Positions 38,801-50,047 of a DNA stretch of 64,000 nt are shown one piece after another (position 1 is the first letter of the stretch; each line of letters begins with the position of its first letter). The stretch covers positions 9,362,001-9,426,000 of the forward strand of contig NC_092357.1 of NCBI RefSeq assembly GCF_963676685.1. The letters run 5' to 3'. The DNA is from Mytilus edulis (lineage: Eukaryota). The notes beneath the pieces are model-generated. The model saw only the letters and a list, made by a program, of their open reading frames with translations. It did not search any database and was not told the origin of the DNA. Position numbers and translations under genes: made by a program.

Positions 38801-40982
38801 TAGAGATAAAGGATACTACAGATACAGTTAAGTCGGCTTCATATCTTGACTTACATCTAGAAATTGACAATGAGGGTCGGTTGAAAACAAAACTTTACGA
38901 CAAAAGAGATGATTTCAGCTTTCCAATTGTGAACTTTCCATTTCTAAGTAGCAACATTCCAGCAGCACCTGCATACGGGGTATATATCTCCCAATTGATA
39001 CGATATTCCCGTGCTTGCATTTCCTATCATGATTTTCTTGATAGAGGTTTGCTGCTCACAAGGAAGCTATTAAACCAAGAGTTCCAAATGGTGAAGTTGA
39101 AATCATCCCTTCGTAAATTTTACGGACGCCATCACGAGTTGGTTGACCGTTATGGAATAACAGTTTCACAAATGATATCAGATATGTTCCTTACGTCGTA
39201 ACTACAATCCCCTTCCCTTTCATGAATATGACCTACCGAATTAGACTATTTACCGGATTTGTAATCACTTAAGCAACACGACGGGTGCCACATGTGGAGC
39301 AGGATCTGCTTACCCTTCCGGAGCACCTGAGATCACCCCTAGTTTTTGGTGGGGTTCGTGTTGTTTATTCTTTAGTTTTCTATGTTGTGTCGTGTGTACT
39401 ATTGTTTTTCTGTTTGTCTTTTTTATTTTTAGCCATGGCGTTGTCAGTTTGTTTTAGATTTATGAGTTTGACTGTCCCTTTGGTATCTTTCGTCCCTCTT
39501 TTATATGATAAATTTACAATTTCAAATTCACAAACAGACATGAGAGGTTATACAGCAGCATGTATTCATATTGTGACTCATGGTCATGATTACTAATAAG
39601 GCCATTAAACTTTACTCTCTTCAAATGTTCCTAGAAAAAGGATACCTACCCTCATAAGACCAGTAAACAGGTGGACATAGGCACCTACACCAGCAGCTAT
39701 CATGGCTATAGATAGAGTTCCATAAACTTTCTTCAAATGCTCCTGTACATTTCTTTCTCTGAAGAAATTATGAAAGAAATATTTAACATGTTTAAAGGAA
39801 CATTGTTTCAACCTCTGACTATATTAAATTTATTTATGTCATGTTCAAATGTACATTTTACATGTACATTATGTATGCGAGATAAAAACCAGTGTCTGTT
39901 AGAAATGCATGTGAAAATTTAAAGAGATATATATGTTTATCTTGTTGCTGATAACATCACAAATTGCATCCATTAAATGACAGTCTTTCACATAGAATGA
40001 AATGTTCTTAACCAGACATTGTTGTAAACTTGGTAAACATGTAGCAAACATGTTGAAAATACATTTGTTTTAAAAGTCAATAAAACATGAAAAATGGAAG
40101 TAGCATCTTTTCAAGAAAATAAAAAAAAAGATGCTAGTGTACATGTAGATTGATGCCCTCTAAATTAAAATCAGCACCTCTCAACTGTATGGATTATATC
40201 AAGCATACATTTAACTCAAGTGTTTGTTTGTTTCATCATCTTGGACTTATCAAAATTCAGTTTAACCTCGAAAAACAACCACAGAAAGAAGGTGTTAGTG
40301 GTACACAATTTATTTAGAGGCCAGATTAGGATTATCTGTGGATGCAGGATTTTTTCACTGCATTGAAGACTAATGGTGGACTTCGGCTGTTGTCTTCTAT
40401 TTGACATATTACCCATTTCCAATCTCAATTTTATACAATACAGTAGTCAGTAGATCTATGCAAGTTTTTTATTTTTTGAAACATAACATGCATTTGAATT
40501 TTATATACCTAGGGCTAGGACAGTCTAGAAGATGCATTCATAAACAAATTTGCTGATGCACAGGTTTCTCTGCAATCAGTAGTAACAGAACATAGGAAGG
40601 CGTCCCAGAAAAAAATTAAAAATAGACTTGCCAGACGTCATAATTATTTGGACTATAACAGATGGTGTCGGTGTTAATTTCTTCAGAACCAAAATACTAT
40701 TATAAAAAAAACACGTTTCAACCCGTCTTCAAAAAATAACTTCTGAGCCTTTGAAATTTTTGTCACTTCAATTAAGTTTAAAAATAGCATCCTCATAGAC
40801 ATACGCAAAAAACAAGTTTTACTTTCGTTTTTAGAAATTGAAATTATATAATTGTACATGTCAGTTGTGTAAGGAGTTAAATGGGATACATATTTGTTTT
40901 TGTTCAGTTTAACTTACATATGGTCAAATTTAAATAGAGCTGCCGGCAAAAATTCATCATTTCTTCTTCTTGTGCTTGTCAT
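32849..40982 (-). CDS. TMBIM6: Bax inhibitor 1 (TMBIM family), 236 aa, 8 coding exons
   Basis: Exons 40982-40918, 39758-39650, 38147-37978, 36784-36687, 36199-36120, 35148-35048, 33757-33688, 32866-32849; all GT-AG and phase-consistent, 711 nt. Motifs HLKKVY, GAYVH, LYDTQLIVEK, WHSVDLFLDFINIFRKLM, basic C-terminus KKEKKKE. Confidence 0.96.
34166..34487. mobile_element. piggyBac-like MITE in BI-1 intron 6
   Basis: TTAA|CCCTTTTCCAT ... ATGGAGAAAAGGG|TTTA; right end triplicated as 28-bp units. Confidence 0.55.
35545..36138. repeat. 77-bp tandem array overlapping the BI-1 exon 5 3' end and splice donor
   Basis: CTTACATCCCAAATCATCTGAGAC at 35653, 35730, 35807 (ATTAC variant), 35884, 35961, 36038 and 36115, plus degenerate partial units. 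Confidence 0.95.
37075..37235. mobile_element. MITE with CAGTGTTCTCCCCAG TIRs (hAT-like)
   Basis: Perfect 15-bp TIRs; TSD not clean. Confidence 0.75.
38353..39503 (+). mobile_element. 5'-truncated Penelope-like retroelement (RT C-terminal half plus 3' UTR), antisense in BI-1 intron 2
   Basis: ORF to 39201 with SIPH, GIPMGTNCAPLLADLFL, FRYIDD, YLDL, KLYDKRDDF, GVYISQLIRY; no C-terminal GIY-YIG domain. Confidence 0.85.
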
Positions 40983-41442
40983 GTTGTCTTTTAAATTAAT
41001 GACGTCTGGAGATTTCCAATTTCAAGATGTCGGTTAATAATATCGCTTCTATCACTGCAAATTATTTCTAACCGCTTACAACATTGAAATACAACTGGAA
41101 AACAATATGTGTAAAAGTATTCACAATTGATAAAAACGTTTGCGTTGATGATTTTTTTTATTCGAAAATAATAGTTTACAACCAACAATTATAAAAGGAG
41201 AGAAATAAATAAACACTACAAAGCCAAGTAATCCAATCAGAAATCGACACACGAATCACGTGAATTTTATTCATCAGGGACGTTCTCGAAATTCAATATG
41301 TTTCTGGTTACCCCGAAACGTTTCATCATTAAGGATTTTCGTCGAATCTAGTTTTAAAAAGTCTTTTTGTTGTTAATGTCACAATATCGCAAACAGAAAT
41401 AACAAAAATAGCCAATTACAAAATAACCGAGACAACAATTAT

Positions 41443-41714
41443 GAGAGGGAGGACAGGGGTAAGGGAGACAGGGAGAAAGAGGGTAGGAGAAAGGAGAAAG
41501 GGGGTGGGAGAAAGGAGAAAGGGGGTAGGAGAAAGGAGAGGAAGGCTGGGAGAAAGGAGAAAAAATAAAATATCTCTCCTTTTAAATTTTTTTCTAATAT
41601 TTCAAGAAAAAATATCTCAAAAGGAGATGTTTTATTCTAATGGGAGAAAGGAGAACGGTGGTAGGAGAAAGGAGAAGAGGGGTGGGAGAAGGGTACCCCC
41701 CTGTCCTCCCCCTC
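41443..41714. mobile_element. MITE with GAG..CTC termini and 6-bp TSD, upstream of BI-1
   Basis: TIR GAGAGGGAGGACAGGGG / CCCCTGTCCTCCCCCTC; AATTAT at 41437-41442 and 41715-41720; internal (GGAGAAA)n. Confidence 0.85.
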
Positions 41715-42129
41715 AATTATAACTCACTTAATTTCTAGAGACTCATCATTTTTTTACCTGTGAAAAGGGGGAAAGGGGAGGTGGGGGGGGGGGGAGAGAG
41801 ATGCTGGTCATTTTTAAATCAAACCTATAAAATTTCTTGACCCAACTACAATATTTCACTTATTTGATTTGACCCCCCAAGTATAAACATTTAAAAAAAA
41901 TTGACAACCCCCTATTTACCGGTATTTCAATAAAAACGTACTTTCTTGTCCCAGCCACTTTAAAAAAAAAATGTGTTTGATTTTTGCAAGTATTTTTTTG
42001 TGCTGTCAGTACATTGAATCCGATTTAACATTTTTAAGCAAAGAAGCAGTTTATTTTTTAGAGGGATTGATAAGATATTGATTCCTGAATGGTCCAAAAC
42101 AACCAAAATGACATGTACCTAGACCGCCT

Positions 42130-43079
42130 CCCAGATAGCAATACTTTGTTGGGCCAACATTGGTGATTGGTTGGCACAGTTGGTAAATAGTTGGCGTTGG
42201 CAGCACAACAAGAAACCGACGTTGGCCCAACAAAACTCAGCCAACAGTTATTTTGACACTATTGGCCCCTTGTTGGCCCAACAAAACTCAGCCAACAGTT
42301 ATTTTGACTCTATTGGCCCCTTGTTGGCCCAACGACTTTCCACCAACTGTCATTTTGGTGTTATTGGCCCAATGTTGGCCCAACATTTTCTTACCAACTG
42401 TTATTTGTACGTATTATACCACAGATTTTTTTTAATTTTTTTTAGATATTATTTCAAAGTGCAAACCAAAAAATGTGCTCCTCATTCTCTTTATCTAATA
42501 TTTTCAAATCCGTGTAGTCATTTAAATGTATTTATCTTAATGATTGAATAATTTTATGCACAAACAAAAAATACTTAAAACCAGCCCCAAAAAACAAATA
42601 AAATTTGAATATAGTTTCTGCAAGTTGTTAAAATAATCAACTGAACTCAGTTGCTCATTTGACACGAGTGTAATATCACACTCTCCACATGACAGCCGAG
42701 ATTGACTTGCCAATATAATATACATTACATGCTAGAGATAAATATTTCATAATACATAACATAAAATGCATGAAAGACATGTTTGCCATACTGAAGCCAT
42801 CGTTGGCATACTGCTGTTCGACCAACATTGGTCCAACATAATTTTAAAACAAGACGACGTTGGTAGACTGTTGGCAAAAAGTTGACATTGTTGGCAGATT
42901 GTTGGCAAATAGTTAACCTTGTTGGCATACTGATGTTGGGCCAACAAAGACCCAACATGTTGGGCCAACTGAAGGCCGATGAGCAAAATGACGTTGGCCC
43001 AACATAGTTTTCCAACATTGGCCCAACAATGTTGCCAACAGAATGCCAATGTTGGCCCAACACATGTTTGCTATCTGGG
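42130..43079. mobile_element. CMC/EnSpm-like non-autonomous transposon
   Basis: TIR CCCAGATAGCAA / TTGCTATCTGGG; 2-bp TSD CT; many subterminal GTTGGCCCAAC repeats at both ends. Confidence 0.85.
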
Positions 43080-43239
43080 CTGTCCAACATTCATACTCGT
43101 TGTATGCATATCGTAAAGAAATGTGGAAATAAATATTTTTTTTACTTAATTTAAGTTCTTTAATAATTCAAAAGTATGTTTAGAGCCAACATATTTTATT
43201 AAACAGAGGATTTATAATTTCAGAAGGTGTGTCCCTGAC

Positions 43240-44160
43240 AAAATGTCCACTACGAAACGAAGTCATTAACATTTAAGAATTGAATGCTGCTTTTTGTAAA
43301 TTTATTGGGGTGTAAAAGCGTTGACCGAAGTACATTTTGTATGAAGCGCGGAAGCGCTTCATACTAAAAATGTGCGCACGGTCAACGCTTTTACAACCCT
43401 ATAAAGTTACAAAAAGAAGCATTCAATACTTATAATTACATTTTTTTCAGCTAGAATCATGAAAACACGATTTTTATCAAGTTTTCTTTTAATTTACCTG
43501 TGCACTTTATTGTGGGACCTCGTGTCATCATGAATGATAAATGTTATTGTCTAATACAATTGTTTCAGGAATAGCACGAGATGTGCAGTTGGCCAATCAG
43601 AATAACGTATTATAATGAAACATACATCTAATGTAATTATTTGCTAGTAAACAGTTTTATAAAATCAATGTATTTTTTGTTTGCAAGAGATTTAAACATT
43701 AGCAGAAGTGATGCTTTTATAACGGCAATAAAATTGATGGTAAGAAAAATTGAGCACATTAAATGGACCAGAGTGATACCGTATTTTTGTTAATGTCCAC
43801 TACGAAACTGGTAAAAATGCTTTTATGAATATAATCAGTTTTGTTACTATTGAAATTTAGGGATTGTTGGGGAAAAATAAAACATGTGAATATGTCACCT
43901 ACGAAACGGTCACCTGCGAAACAAGTATGGGAGAAAAACGTTTCGTAGTGGACACTACCACTACCATGCAGTCTTTTTTTACTCTTTTTTTTTCAATCAT
44001 ATTCGTGCAAAACAAATAACAAGGGTTAGATTCATGCAATTTTTATTATGTTTTTATTAACATAGAATAGAGTTGATGTCAACTAGGAAACTTTTTGTCC
44101 ACTACGAAACGGTTTTGTCAACTACGGAACGCATCAAAATGTCCACTACGTAACATGAGT
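43240..44160. repeat. Dispersed TGTCCACTACGAAAC repeats (subterminal repeats of a DNA-transposon remnant)
   Basis: Copies at about 43244, 43795, 43894, 43941 (inverted), 44096 and 44140. Confidence 0.55.
43274..43640. mobile_element. Element with a foldback hairpin of about 160 bp followed by an ATAATTACAT..ATGTAATTAT-bounded segment
   Basis: Hairpin 43274-43432 with apex GCGC-GGAA-GCGC; short inverted repeats at 43432-43441 and 43631-43640. Confidence 0.65.
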
Positions 44161-47100
44161 TGTACCTTCATATGTGAAGTACTGTCTAATCTTTATCGAT
44201 AAAAAAGATTCTCCAATTCAGAAAAAAATGAGATTTTTCTAGTATATAAAGTAAACAAACTGGAATGACTATAGGAAAGAATCAAGAATACAGACTACTG
44301 GTATCCTTTTCAAACCAAATGATTATGAAGAGCCTGCATGTTGTAACAACACTAGTTGACATATGACTTCGCATTCTTATTTAATTTTTAACGTTTTTAT
44401 ACTGATATTTTCATTATTTTTTTTAATGCGAAGTGTGGCACATTGATAGCAATTTTTTTTTTATCAGAACAGTAAATAGAAATAATAAATAATGCTCCCG
44501 ATGTCATATATTATAGGACTTATTACCCACATACTCATTAAATAAGTAACTAGTGACATAATTATTTCTGTTACTTGAAGCAAATTCTATTTCTGTAGAT
44601 TTACACAATAGCATAATATTGTTATACTATTTTTATTTCACCTTGAAGATTAGACAAATAGGGATACTCCTTTGATTTTTTATTTCATGTCAGTCAGGTC
44701 GCTTTATATGAAACTTGAAACCACTTCTCTGCCATATTGATATTTTATAACAACTCTGCTCATGACCCATATAATTGAGATTCATTCTTTAACCGTATAT
44801 CATAGTAAACTAGTTTTTTATTTTGCACTAACCCACCATCTTTCATGTCAAATTTATGTCTCCATTTAAGTTTATGCCATTGAACCATTATGGTATTAAA
44901 CACAATTCCAAGTAATTATGCTGTTATAGTAGGTCACCATATATTACACTTGTGTGGCATTCCAGTTATTGAAATTTGTGTCAGATTAGAACAATGAACT
45001 AGACCTTTATAAATGGATCTCATAATTTAGTATGGCGCCATAGTATGCGACCCCTGCCCAGTAAGAAAAATGAACAAACTTGAAAGGATACATGTCAAGC
45101 GAAAAAATTTATCACCAGAGATTACAAGTCAAGAGAGGATAGATACGTCTCCAAAATGCTTGCCAAACTGGAACTACAACAAGATCTCCAGACAAGGACG
45201 AACAATGCGTTGAAGCCAAAGTTAGTATTTATGTAAAAAGTAGTTGAGGAGCTATTCACGCTATTGAACCAGGCGAATTCCTCAAAAAGCATGTCCGAAG
45301 AGAACCATAACTGCCGAGAAATTCAAAGAATACCACGCAACAATTATTGTTGAAAAGCAAGTAAAGAATAACTCTAACTGTGAGTGTATTGACATTCCGC
45401 ATCAAGTAAAACACCGTAAAATATTCAAACTCATCCTTTGTAAGACAGTGATCTCGTCGAATCAGCTGGACGACACTGCTGTGCACGCATCAAACGTAGA
45501 GAGCTTTAAATCTGTTCTCACGCCCCGCCAATACATCGGCGGCGCTCTCTCAAAACGTTGTATTAAAGCCAGCATCGATATCAACAATTTATTCACATGT
45601 CACACAGATACAGTCTGTTACAGACTCTGCTGCTGTAACTTTGTAAACAAAGATTGAGTCGGGCCCAGTCTGCGTCGTTAAACACTAGCCCGATGCCCCA
45701 GACTAGTATTACATTTTATGATACTGTCTTATGATCATAAGCAAGCTTCTGTCCAAGTTTGGTAGAAATCCAGTATAGTTTAAGAAGGTCATTAAAATTT
45801 CAAAAACTTTTACCACAAAGTGAACATTTGTGGCCGACCACGACGACGCACGGAATGTTGATCAATGTTGGATCGCTATGTCTCGCTTTTTCGACTAAAG
45901 TCGGAAGGCTCGATTAAAATGAAGTCAATAATTTGGCCATCACCCCAATTCTATATATCAATGTTGAGGGACACCAATACTCTCATTTAAAAACACTGAC
46001 AACATATCACTGACTGGACGAAGCAATGTTAGAACTGTTACTTTCGTGACTTTGAAATGCACGAAAATAACGCTTTATAAATTTCGTGCAATCAAAGTTT
46101 CCGGTATGAACTTAATCCAAAACTGTCTAAACAGAAGTACACATATATAATATATATAAGACAAAACTATAACATCGATTTATTTGTATAACATCCTCAA
46201 CATTACAGAAATTTTAACTGGCAAATCTAGATGCGGCATTCAACTTTGGAATTTCCAAAATGGCTGCCGTTACCTTGGAAACACGGCAAAAATATCAAAA
46301 TGCTCAAAACTTCGTGAAACTTTACAAAAATGTTAAACATCATTCATAGATGTGGCATTTGACTTTTGAATTTTCAAAATGGCCGCCGTTGCCATGGAAA
46401 CAGCAGAAAAGTACAACCTAACGCTATGAAAACCAACAGAAATATCTGTTGTCATGCATATATCTGCATTCCCTGATGGAAAACTTCGAAATACAAACTG
46501 TAACTTCCAATTTTATTGACCGAAATATACAGATACAACAATGATCATATTTAACTGACAACGCCCTGGCTAAAAATAAAAAGACAAACAGACAAATAAT
46601 AGTACTTTGACACAACATGGAAAACTAAAGACTATAAGCAACACGAACCCCACCAAAACCTGGGGGGGGGGGTGATCTCAGGTGCTCCGGAAGGGTGCGC
46701 AGATCCTGCACCATATGTGATACCCATCGTGATGATTATGGTATATTACAACAACAATATAAATGATACTTTACAATTTTTATTAGAATTTTCAAAATAC
46801 ATTCAGCAATAACAGAGTTAACAATTTTATTTGATTTAAATTTTATCTAACATCGACTTCAGAATTTCATCGTTGTTAAGTTTATATCCAGCATTGTTCA
46901 CTAACAGCTTTTGATGTTTAGTCTTAGTTTCTATTTCAGCAGCTGATATAACCTACAATGACATGCAAACCACATATAAAGTAATCGAATCATCCAATAG
47001 TGAATCTCTTGTAAATTTCAATTTCTTTGAAAAGTGAATTCTGGAAAGTTCAATATTACTAGCTATTAAGTTATAATTTGTGACATTTGTTTTCCATTCC

Positions 47101-47404
47101 TTTGATGTGTTTGATATTTTGATTTTGCCATTTGATAATGGACTGCTCATTTTGCAATTTTCTAGAAGTTCGGTATTTTTGTGATTGCACTATTTAGAAT
47201 TACGCACCTAGTTTTTAAGATTGTCATTGTTTTTTATGTTTTGTGCAGTCTGTCGTTAATATAAGATGTTCATTGTTAATCTGCGGTTAACATGTTGTAC
47301 TGACTATATGATTTTTGTGCATTTCCATAAGGTTAGTGATCTTGCGTTTGTTTGTGCTGTATTTCTATCACGTAGTGTTTAAATTTCAGCGATATTTTTG
47401 AACA

Positions 47405-47686
47405 TTGCCTTATAAGCGGGAGGTTTGGCTAGCCATAACATCAGGTTCAGCCCACCATTTTTTTCTTAAAATGTCTTGTACAAAGTCAGGGATATGGCAA
47501 TTGCTATCAAATAGTTCGTTTGTATGTGTGTTGGCGGGTTTTTTTTGTTGCACTTCAGTATTTCTTTTGTTCCTTTGTTTTCCTCTTATAGATGATGCAT
47601 TTCCCTCTGTTTCAGTTTGTAACCCTGATTGTTTCTCTCAAGCAATTTATGGCCTTTGAACAGCGGTATACTACAGCTGCCTTTAT
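47405..47686 (+). mobile_element. Retroposon family C copy
   Basis: Tail GAACAGCGGTATACTAC..GCCTTTAT; other copies at 52960-53189 (+), 54379-54625 (-) and 58258-58507 (+). Confidence 0.8.
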
Positions 47687-48221
47687 CGAGCTACTTAGAA
47701 TAATTTGATATTTATATATATTATGACTGATGTTAGATTTTGAAGGCGACCAAGAAACGTTATTCTGATCAACGCACCCAGTATGTAGGTTCCCAAAGTT
47801 ATTAGCTTTTCCTTGATTTGTATTTCTTAAGACAGCTTTAATTTTAATGACTATGTGTGTGTTTGGTTTGTCTAGTATCAATACACCAAATATTACATTT
47901 GAAAACATTTGCTTCTTATAATGAGCTTTTAGCAAGTATGTGCCCCGTTAACGTACCTGCTCCCACTCAGTTTTAGAATCCCCTATTTATAATATTTTAC
48001 TCTCTTTTGTCTTTTCTGAATCGATTGACGAAATTTAAATATCGGTAAAGTACTGTTGTCTTGAAAATTCTACCATTAAATTGTATTAAGAATTTTGATG
48101 ACGATCTATGTAATATATAATGTATGTAACGAAGAAGAAGATTATAACCATTTTTTTTTAATTTCTTGTCGATTTTTAGAAAATAATTGGAAAAGTATTT
48201 ATGAGTTAATGAAAAAATCAA

Positions 48222-48756
48222 AGGAGTAGGTCCGGTGAGGTTTATCTAACGAAAGATTTTGAACACATTTTAAACACTTAAGTGTCTATTTCAATTGATT
48301 CAATTAGTTTATGTGAAAGATTTGAACTGATTCAGTCATTAAAAAACGCTCCGATTCAAGCTTAGATATGAAAAATCTATCAAATATGCCAAAACACGTC
48401 ACTTTTCAGATATATTTTGTCAAAAATGAATGTGTCCGCATCCGTGTTCATCCTAAATTTTTATATATGTTATGTATTATCATCAAATGCAACTTGCATT
48501 TCAATATTATGAATGAACACGAATGCGGCCACTTTCATTTCAGACGGAAACCGTCTAAAATTTAACTACAACATGTACAATGCTAAAATTGTGAAGATTT
48601 CAGTAATTCAGCATGACTTAATGATGCTAGTACCCGATATATGTGCATTGTATTGTCAAAAACAGCCCATATTTATGTATTAAGATTACATTTTCACAAT
48701 TTTGTAAAACTGCTATAATTTGGGGGCCAAAAATGGGTCATACTGAACCTACTCCT
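48222..48756. mobile_element. Kolobok-like MITE
   Basis: TCAA|AGGAGTAGGTCCGGT ... ACTGAACCTACTCCT|TTAA. Confidence 0.75.
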
Positions 48757-49194
48757 TTAAATTTTAGAGAATCATTAAAACAATAAGTCTTTAAATATAA
48801 AATTTTTGTCAAAAAATATTATGGACTGAATTATTTCCTAACAATCTTAGGTTTTTCTATATACAAATCATAATATGTATCTAATCAGAAATTTACAAAG
48901 GTAAATGTTTATAAAATATTTGTTCATGAATACATTAAAAGATATAACGAAAACAGAACAATGAAATTTAATCCATTACTGAAATCACTAAAAAGAAGTT
49001 TAGATGATTGAATAGAATATATAAAACATAATGCATTAAAAATTGTATTTCAAGAAATTTAAACATATTATTATAATATATACATATAAACCAGCAGCTG
49101 ATTACTAACCTGGGTAATCAGTGGAATATAACTGAACGATCAAGAAAAGTTTGGTTTATTGGTTTAACCATATGGATGTGTACGGATTGATAGT

Positions 49195-49750
49195 TTAGTC
49201 TTAGATGCATGATTTTTTATTAGTTGTTAGTGGCTTTAAACTAGTTGTCAGATAACTGCGAGTACTCTCAGATCTGTTCATTGTGTCTTGTTGTGTCGGG
49301 ATGTATAAGTACCCGGCCACGTCCACTTGTATTTTTGTCCATCTGATGAGTTAAGCCCTTTTCAACTAATTTTTATAGTTCTTTCTTATATTGTACTGTT
49401 ATACCACTGTCCCAGGTTAGGGGGAGGGTTGGGATCCCACTAACATGTTTAACCCCGCCAGATTATTTATGTATGTGCCTGTCCCAAGTCAGGAGCCTGT
49501 CATTCAGTGGTTGTCGTTTGTTTATGTTACATATTTGTTTTTCGTTAATTTTTTTACATAAATAAGGCCGTTAGTTTTCTCGTTTGAATTGTTTAACATT
49601 GTTTTATCGGGCCTTTTATAGCTGACTATGCGGTATGGGCTTTGCTCATTGTTGAAGGCCGTACGGTGACCTATAGCTGTTAATGTCTGTGTCATTTTGT
49701 CTTTTGTGGATAGTTGTCTCATTGGCAATCATACCACATCTTCTTTTATA
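49195..49750 (+). mobile_element. Retroposon family A, longest copy (about 555 bp)
   Basis: Many shorter copies share its 3' end (4283, 7773, 25521, 56555; variant tails at about 9683, 18688 and 25043). Confidence 0.8.
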
Positions 49751-50047
49751 TATAACAATGTAACAAGCATATCTGGTGAATAAATATATAATGTTGTTAA
49801 AAAATATTTTTTTGAAGCGACCGTCGTTCAACATGTTCAAGTGAGAGCTTTAGCTAGCTTTAAAACCAGGTTTAATCCACCATTTTCTACATAAGAAAAA
49901 TGCCTGTACCATGTAAGGATTATGACAGTTCTAATCCTTTCGTCTAGTGTTTGAGCTTTTAATTTTTGCCATTTGATTAAGGATTTTCGTTTTATAATAT
50001 TCCTCGGAGTTCGTTATTTTTGTTATGTTACTTTTTGCATTGCCATT

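Noticed and set aside
41441-41722. Arg/Gly-rich protamine-like ORF
   Set aside because: Coincides exactly with a TSD-flanked MITE made of GGAGAAA repeats
49343-49375. CUGAUGAG in family A as a hammerhead or SECIS
   Set aside because: No GAAA or stem III; the homologous copy at about 14193 reads CTGAGGAG with no supporting structure
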